In this document: piece after piece, positions 38,973 through 52,443 of the stretch
Layout of the letters: each line of letters opens with the position of its first letter
How positions within the stretch are numbered: position 1 is the first letter of the stretch
From: Catajapyx aquilonaris
Taxonomy: Eukaryota
NCBI GenBank assembly: GCA_000934665.2
Contig: JYFJ02001980.1
Span: 1-64,000 of the forward strand
Direction: 5' to 3'
Length of the DNA: 64,000 nucleotides
The notes under the pieces: model-generated
Database searches by the model: none
Told to the model about the DNA's origin: nothing
The model's input: only the letters and a program-made list of their open reading frames with translations
Position numbers and translations under genes: made by a program

Positions 38973-41293
38973 TTTTACCGCGTATGTCACAGGAAGACCA
39001 GTTGCACAGTATACAGGTGTTCAAGTTAACTGTCCGTTTATAGTTAGTAAATATTTGGCACAAACTGCTTATTATGAGCCGTTACTTTTGAAAAGCTAAT
39101 TTGTACTGACGAGGTAAATTTTTCCACTGGGACGTTCCCAATCGGTTAGTTGAAATTCAGAGCTTAAATAGATTATTTAGTTAGACTAATATTAGCATAT
39201 ACTTTAAATAACCGCTCTAAGCAACAACTACTCTATATTAACGATTTAAAAATAAGCTTAGAGACAAAATACTATCTAACTAAAGCGCGTATTTTAATTG
39301 GAACAATCTGTAGATATAAAAAGGTCAGTGACATATGTAAGGATACGGAGAGAAGACGTGGGACATGCCACTTTTTTACGGACCCAATTATATGATGTTA
39401 AGGGAGTGATGGAAGAGGTGAAGGTAAAATGCATACTCTCCCTCTTCGTGTCCATGAGGGAAAGTATAATACGATGGCGGATGTCGGTTCAGGTTCTGGG
39501 TCAAGGAATTGTTCGCATCCCTTTTCATTTTCCGTTGCGTATTGTACTGTGAAAAATGATAGCAAATCAGATATTCGGAATGCGTTAACAGGTTGGATGA
39601 CTACAAATAATAACAAAGATGGCCCATTTTAAACCATGAGTGAAGGATCTCTTGAGTAGTAAACTTTAAATAATTTTTAGAAGAATGCAGCCATTTTCAG
39701 TGGGTTGTCACTTGCTAAAATATGTGAAGGGTGGTCGATGAATCCTGGATTGCAAAAGCTTTCCTTCCTTGTGTGATGTTGCGCTGAAAAGTCAAAGACC
39801 AGACTGGAAAACCCCAGCGACTTTCCAGTTGTCTTCATGATGGCTAGAGCAGGTGCTAATTTCTTTCTTTACGAAATTGCTATAACAATAATGACACATA
39901 TGCCTCCCAAAAAGTACGTGGCTTGGTGGATGACAAGGTCAGAGTATGCAAAATATTGTGTTTAGAAAACTGCGGTAATAAAATGTCATAATGTCCCCTC
40001 CCTTTGGGAACGTGTTTCCCACTCACATGTGCAATTTATATTATCGGTGAAGTCACAACTCTAGCAATGTTACGTAAACAATAACATGAGAGTGTATCTG
40101 AAATATCTGAAAATTGTTTAAATCATTGTAATTATTCCAGGTACCGTGCACGCAACCGCATTCAATCTTATGATGTGACCGGGGAGTACGGTACAATATA
40201 ATAACATAATATAATATCATGCCTCAAGACAGCGGTAAATCATTTCGCAGCCGGTCGCATACACTTTATCAGCAGTTCGGACTGGATATCCTCACTAGAA
40301 GATGTCTGTGAAAAGTACTGTCGGGCTTCTGAAAATTCACGGAGATACGGTCGTTATTCCTAATTGTAAATAAATTTTTAATTTGTTGAAAATGTTGTCA
40401 AATCTTCTGCTATGGTCATTACTAATTTGTATTTAATCCCCGCTATAAATGGCTCTCCCTCGCCAATTGTGAAATATTGAGAATGTAATTTTTGGAGTGT
40501 TCTGAAAATATGGGTCAAACACGTGGCAAATGTGGCTTTTGTTGTATTTCCTCCATTTAGCTGGCCTTATTTTGATCATTTCCTTCCATTGTGCTCATTT
40601 GTAAACCAATTCCATCCACGCATCAAAATGTTATTGCCTTCGACACACTGTATAATATAGGTCTCCCTCGCCATTTATTCAGTCTTCTGAATGTACAACA
40701 CAGGGAAAAGAGTGGGGGGGGGGGGAAACTCATGACTAAACAAGGCACAGTGTCAAGTACGTTATTTTTTAAAAAATGGTATTTCCTGAAAGCAGAAAAC
40801 TGAAATGGCCCCAAGTACAGACTGCCATGTGCGCTGCGATAAAAATGCTCCTCGTTTGCGTAACCGATTCACATCTTGGTCACGGCAGTTTAACAACGAG
40901 CGTTTCGGCGCAAGAGGCAGTCAGGCTCTAAAACATAAATATCATGTGTCACAACCATCATTCCCAAAGTATATAATTTTTCCGTATGTGTAAGACCACC
41001 GGAAGAGTATTTTTTGCGACTACAATAATAAGCAATTTTTTTTGTGGCGACATTGAAATAATTTAAAAAATCGGATTATTGCACTCTCTCTCTCTTTCTC
41101 TCTCACTCATTCACTCACTCACTCACCGGTATCATAAGCGGAACACTAGGTCACTGCACACGTTTCGTGTTCTTTGGTAACGGGGGAGGAGGTGGAATTA
41201 TGTTCTCATAATTGCTACAGGCGGCGTTTCTGTTTCTAAACAGTAATAAATAGGGAGCAACGAAAGTTTTTTGTTTTGTTGTTTTGTAAGGAA

Positions 41294-44200
41294 TCAAACG
41301 ACGAATCCTAGCATGCGTAGGTAATTGAGCTTGATCCAAGGTACATGCCGGCTGACGTCGACGTAAACGGATGGTAGTTGTGGACTGGTGCAATGGAAAC
41401 CATAGGAGAACAAGCCCGTAAGCTGATAGTATCCATTTTTCCAGCAGGCCATGGGACTTCCCCGATCATCAGGGACCTAGAATTGGTAGAATAAAAATCA
41501 GGGCGAGAAAACGTGGTGAATGTCATAAAAACTGGAGGACGTTTCACCTATGTACTCATTCCAAGGCAGGAATTCCTGAATGAACGATATTATAAATGAG
41601 TTTCTAAAGACTTGGGAGGTGAAACAGAGAGCGTAAACAATGAATGAACATTACGTGCTTGGGTAGCGTAACACTTTTGCATGTAGTATCTCATCTGTTT
41701 CTACTAATGTAATGACGAAATGATGTGAGATATGCTCCCATGCTGGGTGAAGGATGATTACAATGACAATTTTGAGCAATTGAAGGTTACACACACCTAC
41801 ACTATCACAAAATTTTGAATTTGACCTGGCTGGTCTTGTGTGATCAAAATTAATATTTAAAATATTATGGTGACATATAAAGTTGATATAATTCAGAGTC
41901 GTAAAGGATTACGACGAGTTTGTGAATATTCTAATTGATGCGACACCTGATTAGTCATTTTCACTTACAAAGCAAGTTTCGGTTCCTTCTCGTCCTTGAG
42001 CACAAAGAAATTCGTCAACTGCTTGAGATGCAACAGTTTCATTGACGACGTAACTGCGAAGGCGTTGCCTGCATTCGGACCTTGTCTGCACCGTCTGTTC
42101 AGCTTCGTGGAGAAGGCCTGACAAAGACCCGTCAGCTTCAGATTCGTCTGAAAGATAATACACTATTGTTATGCCATATAATCATTTTAAACTTTGATGT
42201 CTAGGCGATGAAATTAATAGCCGGGTATTTTGATTACTAACAATAATAGCGCTTTTTCAACCCATGCCACAAGAGTGCTCTCAAATTATAGGCTACTAAT
42301 ATGTAATAGTACAATATAATTGGAAGGATTTTCTAATATTGCACATCTGTCCGGGAGAAATGTTTCGAATAAATAAAGTGCTTCCCTATCAAAATATAAC
42401 GTTAGCATCCAGAATTCAACGTCCCATTGAATTTCAGTGGAACTGAAAGTTGCCTGATCCCTGGAGGACACCATCCAAGAACGATAAGCTGTGATGAAGG
42501 AACAAGGGGGTGTAGACTAAATGTTAAAAGTAGACTATGCATCAGTACCTAAAAACATAATTATGCTCTGACTCTTCCAGGGTGTTTCGTGGCAAATGCC
42601 AAGCAATAATGTAAAGTATATTTTTACCAGATCGTGTGAATCCAAAAGCGTTGACGTCTTCTGGATGACTGTAACCAACGACAGTGCAACTTTGTGGGGC
42701 AGCGTCTTCTGCTCTTGTCGCCGGCGGAAGACATAGCATGCATACCGTGTTGGAGAGTTGTACAGGTTCTTGCAATTTCACCAGACCTAGGGCATGGAAA
42801 GAAAAACTGTGATCAGATGATGATGATTTTCTTAAGTTGCTTTTACACACCCTGCCCTAGTTTCGTCCTCCTTAATCGATTAACTACTGCTTACTTCAGC
42901 AACAATTGGCACAACGCGCCCTTTAATTAAACATTTTTAGGTTTTTTTTACCAGATTTGTGAGTAAATAATAATAACTTAATAAAATAATTAGTAATTAT
43001 TACTAAATGAAAGAGTGGTTGTAAAATTTTACGATCTTTTTGCGCACTCCCTGCTCTCATATTTAACAACTAAACACCAATTAATGCACAGTAAAAAGGG
43101 AGGACGACCACCTACCACGGTCTCGATTTTTGGCCATTCAACACAAAATGTTAAATTTTAAAATATTCGTCAATTGCAATTCAGTCACCATTCGTGCAGA
43201 CATGTCCCAATTGGTGCGGTATTTATTTTGAGAGTTTGTAACAAATTAATGTGCTGCATTGCGTTATGTCCGTCCATGTAAGCTAGATATAATTGAGTGG
43301 CTGAGAAGCAAAGTGGTTCATGTCGAAATTCGGCCATTTTGAGTTGTCGCTTGCATGGCATTCCCCATGCCCAACTCTGTTTTGTAACTTGGCCTAAAGA
43401 CGTTTGTAATATTTGCAATCAAATTATTAAGTTAATATGACTTACTTTTACTATGGCTGCAAGGCAAGCCTAGAACTTTGAATGCATATATCTCAAAACT
43501 AACTTTTTCGTCATGAACCACTCTGCTTCTCAGCCACTCAATTAGCATGAAGATGACGTGTTAGAACTCCTAAAAGTGTGCTTACCAATGTCGTTAGAAT
43601 GTAATGTGGCACTGATTTGGTAGTCCTCGTGAACCACTGTTTCCTTAATGGGGTGATACTGTGCTGATTGTGGTACGTGTAGTCTTACGTTAGAGTTTCC
43701 AAAAACAGCTCGTACTTGGTCTAACCGTCTTGAAAACAACCTGGAAAAAATTAATTAGTTAAATGTTGAAACCATGAAAAGTGTATCTCACTCGAATAAT
43801 GCCTCAGCAATTGCAGCACTATACTGTAAACACATTTTAATGTTACCATTATTATTAGGTAGTCTATGCCTCAGGTTATGCTGATACATAGTGTCTCGTA
43901 TTAACTGCAATCTAAAATAATTCTACCATGTTCTGCGTTGATGGTTGCATCTTATTCAGGATACAGCCCTGGGAATTGGGTCCAAGGGCAGAGCCATGCG
44001 CTTGTATCTTTAAGCTCCATTTCTTGTAAGGTTAGCGATGTCAAGGGCTGAAGAAGCAGCACCGAGACGCCCTTGAACCTGACACATTGAGCATCATTGT
44101 TCTCTGAACTTACCTCTCAATACAACTGGCAGTAGTAATCACGAGGTCAGTTTCCACCAGTGCTCCGGCGCACAGGTATGTGCTACGACTAATTCGACCT

Positions 44201-47200
44201 CCGGGTTCGCTGTCCACTTCGACGAAAGCGGCGATCCAGCACCAGATGGACGTGCTGCTGATTTTTTCGTCACCTTCGTCGAACCTTTGCAGAGGGTCTC
44301 TATTGTTGTTTGAGAAGGGGCTTCCTCTTCTCCCGCATGTAGAGGGTAAGAGTATGTTGTCTAAAGGATCGGCTGTGATGGCCTCCATCAGAATGTCCTG
44401 GTTGTCGGTTGTAACTTCCTTGACGTTGACAGTGGTTGAGGAAGACTTTTCTGAAGTTGGTGGTGGAGATGTGGATTCGAGTTCTGCCGTAACGTTGGAA
44501 GGGGTTCCATTCTCCGAGTCAATAGTTGCTGTGGAAGCAGTTGTATCTTTGCTTACGGCCAAGACCTCTTCTGTTGTGGCGATGTCCTCGTCCGAGCTTA
44601 GTTCATTGGTTTCAAATGTTGTGCCAAACTTTTCAGATACAGGTGTTTGCGACTCGGTCACTGGATCTGGTTCAGATCTTTCAGACATTTCTGCGTTAGT
44701 CGAAGATTCTGTGGCTGTATTTTCGGAAATTGGTATTTGTTCATCAGTAACACTGTCGGACTTCTCAAAAATAATAATATCTTCTTCAGTCACAGTGTCT
44801 AAATCTGGTGTTTCATCATGTGCAATCTGTGGTTCTGTCGCAGATACGGATGCTTCTGTCGTCGTTTGTTCTTCACTTTTGTCGTCCTCTTTCACTTGAA
44901 CGATGTCATCGTACAAGGCTTCCTCATCCGATATATCATTGGACTCCATCACGGCTGTCGTAGGGTGACCAGGACTATCCGTTGTCGTTTCTTCAATTTC
45001 TGATGGTATCGTTGTAGTCTCAGGTATGTTCACAACTTCTTTGTCTGAAACCGGATCAGTTTTCGCCACCGGTGTTGTTGATGTCGACGTGTAATGGCTT
45101 GTTTGCTTGTCCAGCGGTGGCGAAGGCGAAGTTTTAGAATTGGATAGTTTCTCCAGCGCGTCTAGGCTTTCGTCGGACAGCACAATCTGCAAGGAACCCA
45201 ACTGGACTGTTATATGCTCCTTAACGTATGTCTCTGTGGCTGTAGATTCTTCCAGAATGACCACTGATTGATTGGGAGTAAGCTGTGCAATTTGGGGAGT
45301 AGATGCTGAATGCAGTGGGCTCAGTGATGGTGTTGTACTGGGAAGGACAGTTTGTTTTTGGATTTCTGGTTCCTTCGTCGATGGTGGCGTGACTTCTTCT
45401 TCTTCATTGCTGCTGTCATCTTCGTCCGATGTCTCATTATGTAACTCGTGAGGATTTTTTCCCTTTGAAACGCCAACCGAAATTTCATCCTCGTCGCTGG
45501 CATCCGAGTCTCCAGAGTCATCTTCTTCTGACTCGCTCCCTTCAGCAGAATCTTCATCGCTTTCAATTGGTTTAGCAACCGAATCTTGCTCTTTGCTTAC
45601 TTCCTGACTTTCTTGTGCGTTATTTTTAACTTTATTTTTACCCCTGTCTTCCGTACTTTCAGCACTCACTTCCTCGTCATCCTCCTCAGAACTGCTGTCA
45701 TCATCAGCCACTGGTCTTTTCTCAGCAGATTCTATTTTGGAAGCACTTTCTTTTTGGCTCACTGCTTGTGAATCATGTTTAACAGCTGTTTTTGCGTTAG
45801 AGTCTTGCAGTACGGCTGGCTTAACAGTTGGTAAGGAGGCAGCAGGGGTTGTTGGAGAGAGCTTGGAGGAAGTAGTAGTTATTCTTGAAGTGGCAGCATG
45901 GGTACTAGTAACACTAGAAGTGGTTCCTTGGGGCACAGTCGAGCTTTCTGGTTGACTGGTCGTTGTTGAAGCAGTGTCGTTGGAGATTGGAATGTACTGA
46001 CAACAACTGAAGTGCACGGAAGGCTTGAAGGCATTACGTAGGCCGTCGCAGTGGCCCCCTTCGTCATCAGGGACAAATTCTGGATCGGCGGAGCAGTTGA
46101 ACCCAAGGACACAATAGCCTTGACGCTTCCTGCATGTCTTGACCCCGGTGATAACGAAGACACCTGCAATTAAAAATTTATTCAACAAGACAACGATTTA
46201 CTGTGTAGGATATTAGTCTACGTGTTTCAGTAATGGAGACTACAAGCATCGCATCAAAACACAAGTCGATACCCTAGCCGGGAATCGAACCCGGGACCAC
46301 ACTGCCCCAATAAGGGTTGTGTGCTCTACCACTGAGCTACTAGGGTTGTTTCAACTGGTCAACATGGCAATAAATTCCGAACTGTGGATGAAAAAACCCT
46401 CAATAAAGTGTATTATTATGCAGTACACGAATGCTATTACAAGTTCGGCGGTGAGAGTCATTATTGCAGTTTTACTTGAAAAAATATGCAGGTGGAGAAT
46501 GAGGGGATTACATATGCTAATCATATTAATTGCTACAGTATAACGAGGGTCAATTGCACGGAAAGTGCAGCTGTCGGCCATCTTTCAAGACTAGAATCAT
46601 GCAAGTGGCAAGGACCTGGAAGAACTTAATGCAGGGCCCATTGTCTTTTGTCAGACAACACGCTAGCCTTCTCAGCTATTGGTCAGATGGGTATTCCAAG
46701 TGAACGTGATTTTTTATAAGCTTCTCAGGTGTACCTTAATGACGCACAAGTGACAAAAGTAGCAGGCTGGTTGCTTCATCGGGTGGAACAAATCTGAACA
46801 AACCTGCCACATTTCCTGCCGAAATGCAACACCGATAGATCAAAAAAGAACAATAGGTCTAGCGCCACCCGTCATGTCACACGCCTGATTTTCTATTTTT
46901 TTTAGCTGTTGAAAGGACGATAGTTAGAAATACCCTAAACTGCAGGAAGCAAGCTGACTTGACTTCACCTTTACCAGCAATGTTAATCGCAGAATCTCCT
47001 GGTGGATTTGCAGCGGATAAGATTGGAGAAGGATGTGACGATACTACCCAGTATTGTCCACGATTCAGAGTTTACAACTTTTTTGCTAGTGTACTTTTTA
47101 CAAAGATTTCTGTAGAAAGAGTACAAGGACCTTTGAAAGTATAGTTGGAACGATACAGTCGAAGTGCTATTGGGACGAGACAATGGCGGGGGGAGGGGGG

Positions 47201-47612
47201 GGGAGGCTGGGGAATAAATGGACGTGATTTCCTCTACAGACATGTGACCTTTTTGGTGATCCCGGTAGCAAGAGGAGACAATTTACTGCTTGCCCATGTC
47301 CACCTATGACATCAGTGTTAGTAAGAACAGTTGTCTGCATTCCTTGCTCGACCAATTTATATGCCTACTACAAGTTATACTATGGTAAAGCAACATTCAG
47401 AGTTAGTTTTAATTTAATATGTAAAGTAGGAACTTGATACACGATAGAACAGGAGGCTTCCTTTATAAATACATTATTGTGTAGATTATTTCACAGGGAA
47501 TATTCTCACCTCGATCAACAATGGGGAGGGCTGCCGCCAGGCAAGCAAGAATGGCGCTTGAGTATATGATGACGATCACTTCCCAATTCACTCTATGTGC
47601 CGATTTCCACAT
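41294..47612 (-). CDS. Clip-type serine protease homolog (non-catalytic, masquerade-family-like) with a long acidic Ser/Thr-rich linker
   Basis: In-phase exons 47612-47510 (signal peptide), 46998-46975 (tentative microexon), 46163-44114, 43740-43586, 42786-42628, 42147-41969, 41476-41294. N-terminal Cys knot CRKRQGYCVLGFNC...HCDG...SCC; protease fold with TTASC (His lost), NDIG (Asp kept), DDRGSP (Ser lost). Confidence 0.88.
43295..43539. mobile_element. Sola-like MITE
   Basis: TIR GAGTGGCTGAGAAGCA.AGTGGTTCATG.CGAA with the 4-bp duplication AATT on both flanks. Confidence 0.75.
46271..46346 (-). other. tRNA-like element (pseudo-tRNA or SINE head) in an intron
   Basis: Perfect acceptor stem ACCCTAG/CTAGGGT, D arm GCTC-AGTGGTA-GAGC, T arm CCGGG-TTCGATT-CCCGG; the anticodon arm is non-canonical. 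Confidence 0.55.
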
Positions 47613-50600
47613 GGTTCTTGCGATGTTTCTGCTGAGCTGGAAAAGGTTAGAATGATTATGCACGAAGAGGACATGGAAATGCATGCTTCTTTTAGACGTT
47701 GAGACGCTATTCCTGCTATTGTTCTGTTCCGTTACAAACCTGGTGCTCTTTTTTTTCCTTCGGAATTTTTTATGAAGCTCGAAACGAACAATGCCAACCA
47801 TACTCATTACTACCGAACGGTACAAATCCAGCAACAATATTAGGCACCTTGTCGGGGTTAAGTTTGAGAGGTGGCTGAGACATGTGAAGGTCGCCTGTCC
47901 TTTTTTTTCTTAACACCGACGTTTTCCTTGCGGTACCCCTTTCAATGTGGCTGTATACAGCGTGCATGTAGTTTAAACACGTGGGAAACGTAATAAGCAA
48001 GTCAAAAGCAGTGTTCCTTCCGCATACTTCTCACTCGTTAAGTTGCATTCTTTGAAAAGCTTTTAAAGCTAAGGTGATCCTTAGACGGGATGGAAGCAGC
48101 TCTTTTTTTCAATCAAGGTCTTGTAATTGTCATTGATTAATATATAGCTTGTAGCTACTTCAGTTAATTGTAGGTATATCAGGGTGAACGCCATTTTAAT
48201 AGCACCTTCTGGGGATTTTCCTGTTATATCAGTAACTTAATTGGGGACATCTGCAGATTCATACGCCTATAAGGTTGGTGACAATAAAGTTTATACCAGT
48301 GCAATACCGTCTTAGGGTGATATAAACTCCCATTGATACCTTTTTGCTTCAGTTGAAAAGAGACAAGGTTTTGCCCTTGACATTTAAGAATGTCCCAATG
48401 CAGCTTAGATATTTTCACTTGGCATTGAAGTCTAACAATAATCATGTATACTACTGCGTAATATACGGCACAAACAATACGTAACTTATAATCGCAAGGG
48501 CTTTAAGTCAAACTGGTACTTGTGCACAATTTATATGTAAAAAAATAAAAAATATATTTGTACTCAGCATTAAATTTATTCTAAGCAGACAATTACACAG
48601 TATATGTCACTAACTTTTTATAGTTTGTTATTTAAAATAAACTTAGGCTTAACAGGTAGAGTCAATAATTACTTGATGCCAATGAGGCAGTATCCTGATG
48701 CAAAATAAGTTAATTTATGTAAATGTCCCAGATAGACCATATAGGTATTATCATTAGAGTAACTTGTCGCGTAACATACAGGAAAAATACGCTATAGCAT
48801 TACGTTATCCAATACCTCACTTAAAAATACCTTTTTAAATATAGCTGCACACCATTGAGGGATAAACAAAAGTCAAATTAATGGCCTACCTTATGATAAT
48901 TTGCGGGGGCTGATGAGAAAAGAAGTTACTTTATTTCAAGAGTTACACTGGTAGTTTTGTGATATTAAAAATATTACTCACACAAAGCTTCATTTAACAA
49001 TAGTATTGAGCCACGTGGAATAATATTGTCATGATCATGTTTCCGGAAACATGAGAATCGTAACGAGGCAGGCACTAATACGTACAAATATTCACTAATT
49101 GAAGCTGGGAATATTAAAAATTGTCACTTGAACATTTCAGTCACGTGTACCGGTGTATATTTCGCGAATTATTAGTTCATTGTAGAATAAGATTTGCTCC
49201 ACTAGGAGATGGTTATTTATGCAGTATATGTATGATCATATTATGTAGGCCTAAATAAGCAGGTTGTTTATTTCGGCGTGTCCACATAATTATAATAAAA
49301 TAGTGATTAAACTATTAATAAACTAAGATTTAATATGAAATATTTGAAAATTATCTGTCAAATTACATACTTGAAAGTCGTTACAAATGTGGCAGAATTT
49401 GATCTTGCTGTCAAAAATAATTGTATGATGAAACATCAGTGACTGTTTCAAACAATATTCGCAATATTTTTACTCAGTAAATCTCTCAAGAAGTTACTCT
49501 TACTACGAACGATAGTTTTTATTGCATTTAATGATAATCAATTAATATAGCGATGTGGACACACAATATCAGCCGAAACCGAAAGTGGTCGGATCCTGTG
49601 GCATTGAATATTCGCTTTCCAGGTCCAATTTGTCATTCACAAACCATTTAAAATATAGGTCCAGCCTACATACAGACAGAATATCTATCAAATCATTATA
49701 CCGATTATTATTCTACTTACAATTGTACAGAGTGCTTTCTCCCTGCACAAGGGCCCACAAAGCCTTGCAGGTTAATAAAACTATTATTATTTATTATTAT
49801 TATCATTATTATTCTACTAGACAACTTTGACAGTTTCATCCCTGTTAATATGTTGCGAGTTAGTTAGCTAGAGAACCTTTTGGCCTGTTACAAAAAAAAC
49901 AGCTGGTACAAGACATGGTCAAACACAAATGTTAAAAAAAACCTTAACCAAAAGCACAGACAAAGAAAAAAATGAGTGAACTCGCACCTGCCAAGGTGGT
50001 GATATATGTATAGAAAAAAAGGGGATAATATCTTACGCGGGTGTCAGAGACCGACAGAAAGACAGCTAAGAGTTGGCCAAAGTGCAGGCCAAAGAAGGTA
50101 ACGGTTCCCACCTGTGGCACCTGCGACTACTCGGGCCCTTCTGCTTCCTTGGACGACCTTGCCGCCGAAGCTAAACCAACAGGCAGGCCTCCAAGACACG
50201 GGTGAATGCACTACCATCTCCTTCCCACCCCCTGCACTCCCCTCTCGTTTTTGCTTACGTGTGTGTGCACGCTCTTTAACTGATCACACGACAGTCGTTA
50301 CATAAAAATTGATTACACCAACAAAGGGAATCCCCATCTTGCCCATCAAATCCGGATCTGATCAGTCACCTATGACCTTTTGTATCCGGTTAGAAAAAAA
50401 TGCAATTTCTATGAAATCATAGCCTCGTGGCTATATATACACCGGCATCATATTTGATCGCATTTTGACATACTCAATAACTCAGGTCAGATCTGTGGGT
50501 TTGCAGTATATTCATATTGTTGCAGGGCTGGGCCAAGTCTATTTATAGGGAACCGTCCTGTTGCTTGCATAGTTGCATACAGTGATGGTTCCTACTTTGG

Positions 50601-52010
50601 AATGTGCTAGTCATCAAGTCAGTCACCTCTTGGTCAGCACATGGTTGCGCAACGTGGTCCCAGACGAGAAACCACTGTTTCACTTCCCGGAGCAGGTGAT
50701 CACCTAGCAAGGCTCCAGTTTTCATATACTACTCAAGTGACTAAAACTGCTCTTCTTAGTGTTCGGAAAGAAAAGGGTTAAGAATCATGTCCTTGTAAAA
50801 CCTTTACCGGCGTAGGCTACACACTGGATCATTTTGTCACGCCCAATCGAGTCAAGGTTATGCCTGCTGCCTTTTCTACCGTACGCCAATTGCTTTTTGC
50901 GCTAGAAAAGTGATAGATGCAAAGATTGATTGGACACACGCTTGTGTGTAACATATCTACGTCGCAATTTTCATCTTTGCTCGTTCGAAACTCGTAGAGC
51001 GTGAGAGAGACGAAGAAGCCACATGTAAAATCATTTCCTATACACGAAGACACCATTGTTTCTTTCAAATCCGATCTGTTTCACTTTTATAACAAAACTT
51101 TCATTTGATTAAATGTAATGGTAAATCTGGAAAAGGGGGATAAAATCTGCAATATAATTTAGTCTGATTAATCTACAGTCGCAATTATTCCACATCCGTA
51201 ATGCATAAAGTACTCATAAGCTACAAGCCCACCCTGATATTCGAGAAAAACTACTCCGAGGAGGGGGAAAAAGTTGCTTCGACAGACGGCTGGAATTATA
51301 GCCGGTTCTTGCCAATAAGGCTTCGCTTTGTGCTATTTGCCGGAAGCCATAAGATTATGATTGCGAAAAACAATAATCTGTTTGCTAAAGTTTACCTCTC
51401 AGAGAAACCATATAACACCTACCATATCACGTTTACAGTATTTACACGGCACTCTATACTACAGTCCAATCGTGTCAACATTCGAATAACCTAGTTTTCG
51501 AGATACATGCGGAAGTATTTATGATAGCAGATAGATTGTACGGAGTGTACAGTATATGAGCCATACGATTTTCAAAGGCTGTATGACGTTGATGTAATGG
51601 GAGATGTACGTACAAATTACTGCATAATGTATTGTGACCATCTTCCCCAAAATATAAGTTAATTATGATGGAATCTGGGGAAGGAGCTTCATTGGCTTCG
51701 TCACTGGTCAATATAAGCACTTCTACAGGATAACTACTTACTCATTATGAGTAGTTAGGGCGATGACATTTTTATGGTTCTTTGGCTGGGAGGCATCATT
51801 ACGGAGTGAGAAGACAATGAAGTTTTTGATAGCCTCCCCATGTGAATGATAGAAAATATTCTACTTGTTATGCTACCCCGCAACCCCTCGCGCGTGGTAG
51901 TCGAGTGGCCTAACCTACAATATTCTCTATTATTCTCACTGGTAAATGCAGAAATCCCATGTAAACTCTTTGAGAAATAATTCTATACGACTCGGGGATT
52001 TTTCTCTGGC

Positions 52011-52443
52011 TAAGATGACCAGACGTCCCGAATTTTTACCATTTTCCCCGGATTTTTTCGAGGGTCATTCAGGACGCCCATTTGTCCCGGATTCGGCCAA
52101 ATTGTCACGGTTTGGGCAGGGTTAGTAGCAGTTTTATAAAAAAATAACCCGAAAAAAACAGTCTCCCCCCCCCCCCCAACACCATTTTTGGGAAAAACCG
52201 GGTTTTCGCCTAATATATTTATTTTTCTCAATATTTTGGGCTTTTTATGTACACTATAATGTTCTTATTATATCCAACTGTTTAAATTGAAGAAAACGAA
52301 CCACACTGCATTTGATTCCGGCTCTTTCGTGGAAGAATCCCAGAAGATCTCCAGGAACAAGTCACTGTGGCATCCACAGTGTTTTCGGTGGGAATATTTT
52401 GTCAATGTCCCGAATTTGGGGCTTGGAAATCTGGTCAACCTTT
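52011..52443. mobile_element. hAT/Tip100-like MITE remnant
   Basis: TAAGATGACCAGACGTCCCG left end, ATCTGGTCAACCT right end, repeated GTCCCG motifs. Confidence 0.5.

Noticed and set aside
44180..44899. 239-aa plus-strand ORF
   Set aside because: It is the antisense shadow of the low-complexity protease-homolog exon and has no recognisable motif.
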